Of a stretch of DNA of 64,000 nt, positions 63,440 through 64,000 are shown in pieces. The DNA comes from Rhina ancylostomus (lineage: Eukaryota), in contig JARFYF010000074.1 of assembly GCA_030265395.1 (NCBI GenBank), positions 87,659,235 through 87,723,234 of the forward strand, in the 5' to 3' direction. The notes below the pieces were generated by a model, which saw only the letters and a program-made list of their open reading frames with translations, had not been told where the DNA came from and did no database searches. Made by a program: the position numbers and the translations under genes. Position 1 is the stretch's first letter. Each line of letters begins with the position of its first letter.

Positions 63440-63957
63440 CTCAAGAGTTATGGAGGTAATGTGTTAAAGTGCCAGTCTTGTGACTTAAATCCATTTTATA
63501 GATTGATATCCCACCCCAGAAGATGAGATGTTGTTGTAGCTATTGTAGTTGAAATGAGATGTTCAAATAAGAATATGTCCTACCCTCTTAGNNNNNNNNN
63601 NNNNNNNNNNNNNNNNNNNNNNNNNNNNNNNNNNNNNNNNNNNNNNNNNNNNNNNNNNNNNNNNNNNNNNNNNNNNNNNNNNNNNNNNNNNTCTTAGATG
63701 GGCATAAAAGATACATGGCACCATGTGAAGACAGGTGAGTTCCCTTCAGTGATCTGGTCAATTTTTATCCTTTGACTGACAATGCTAAAAACAGACTATG
63801 AGACCATTGTCTCATTACTTCTTTTGGGGCCCACTGTTTACAAACTGGCTGCATGTTTCTGAACATTACAACACTTCAAAACGTACTTTTTGGGTGTTAA
63901 GTAGTTTGGCACATCCTGAGTTTGTGAAACATTTGACATAAATACTTGTTTTCTTTC
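63440..63957 (+). mobile_element. DeuSINE (SacSINE1-like) spanning an N gap
   Basis: 'cttagatgggcataaaagatacatggcac...ctggtcaatttttatcc...aactggctgcatgtttctgaacattacaacacttcaaaacgtact...acatcctgag..gtgaaa'. Confidence 0.75.
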
Positions 63958-64000
63958 CTGCCCCCTGTTTAAAAACAAATTCTAACTCATTTCAGTCTTT

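Noticed and set aside
1-64000. Prokaryotic features (operons, CRISPR arrays, IS elements) and genuine tRNA/rRNA genes
   Set aside because: The sequence is vertebrate intergenic/intronic DNA; I found no regularly spaced repeats, and the tRNA-like boxes all belong to SINE heads

Overview
Eukaryotic (vertebrate) genomic DNA from a gapped draft assembly. The repeat content (HE1-like V-SINEs, SacSINE1/DeuSINE-like SINEs, abundant CR1 LINEs, Penelope-like termini) points to a cartilaginous fish, probably a ray or shark; this is inferred from repeats recognised from memory, not from a database search. A CpG island at about 2.0-2.8 kb looks like a bidirectional housekeeping promoter: it has a perfect GTCACGTGAC E-box/CLEAR palindrome, NRF1, CCAAT and TCGCGA motifs, and outward-facing splice donors. 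It probably drives an unidentified gene leaving the window to the left and a divergent, apparently non-coding transcript to the right. The remaining ~61 kb is AT-rich and repeat-dense, and I found no recognisable host protein-coding exon. The recognisable ORFs are retroelement remnants (CR1 ORF1/ORF2, RTE, L1/Tx1); the other long ones are CpG-island or N-gap artefacts or unassigned. The most interesting observations are: (1) four Penelope-like termini carrying type I hammerhead-ribozyme folds, three sharing a non-canonical (U)GAUGCA/AUGCA core; (2) a 93-bp locally templated insertion with a 10-bp target duplication and junction fillers; (3) an LTR with 5-bp TSD nested in CR1; (4) SINE tail-swapping and a SINE body shared with a LINE 5' region; (5) triple-nested insertions. 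Repeat boundaries are approximate.
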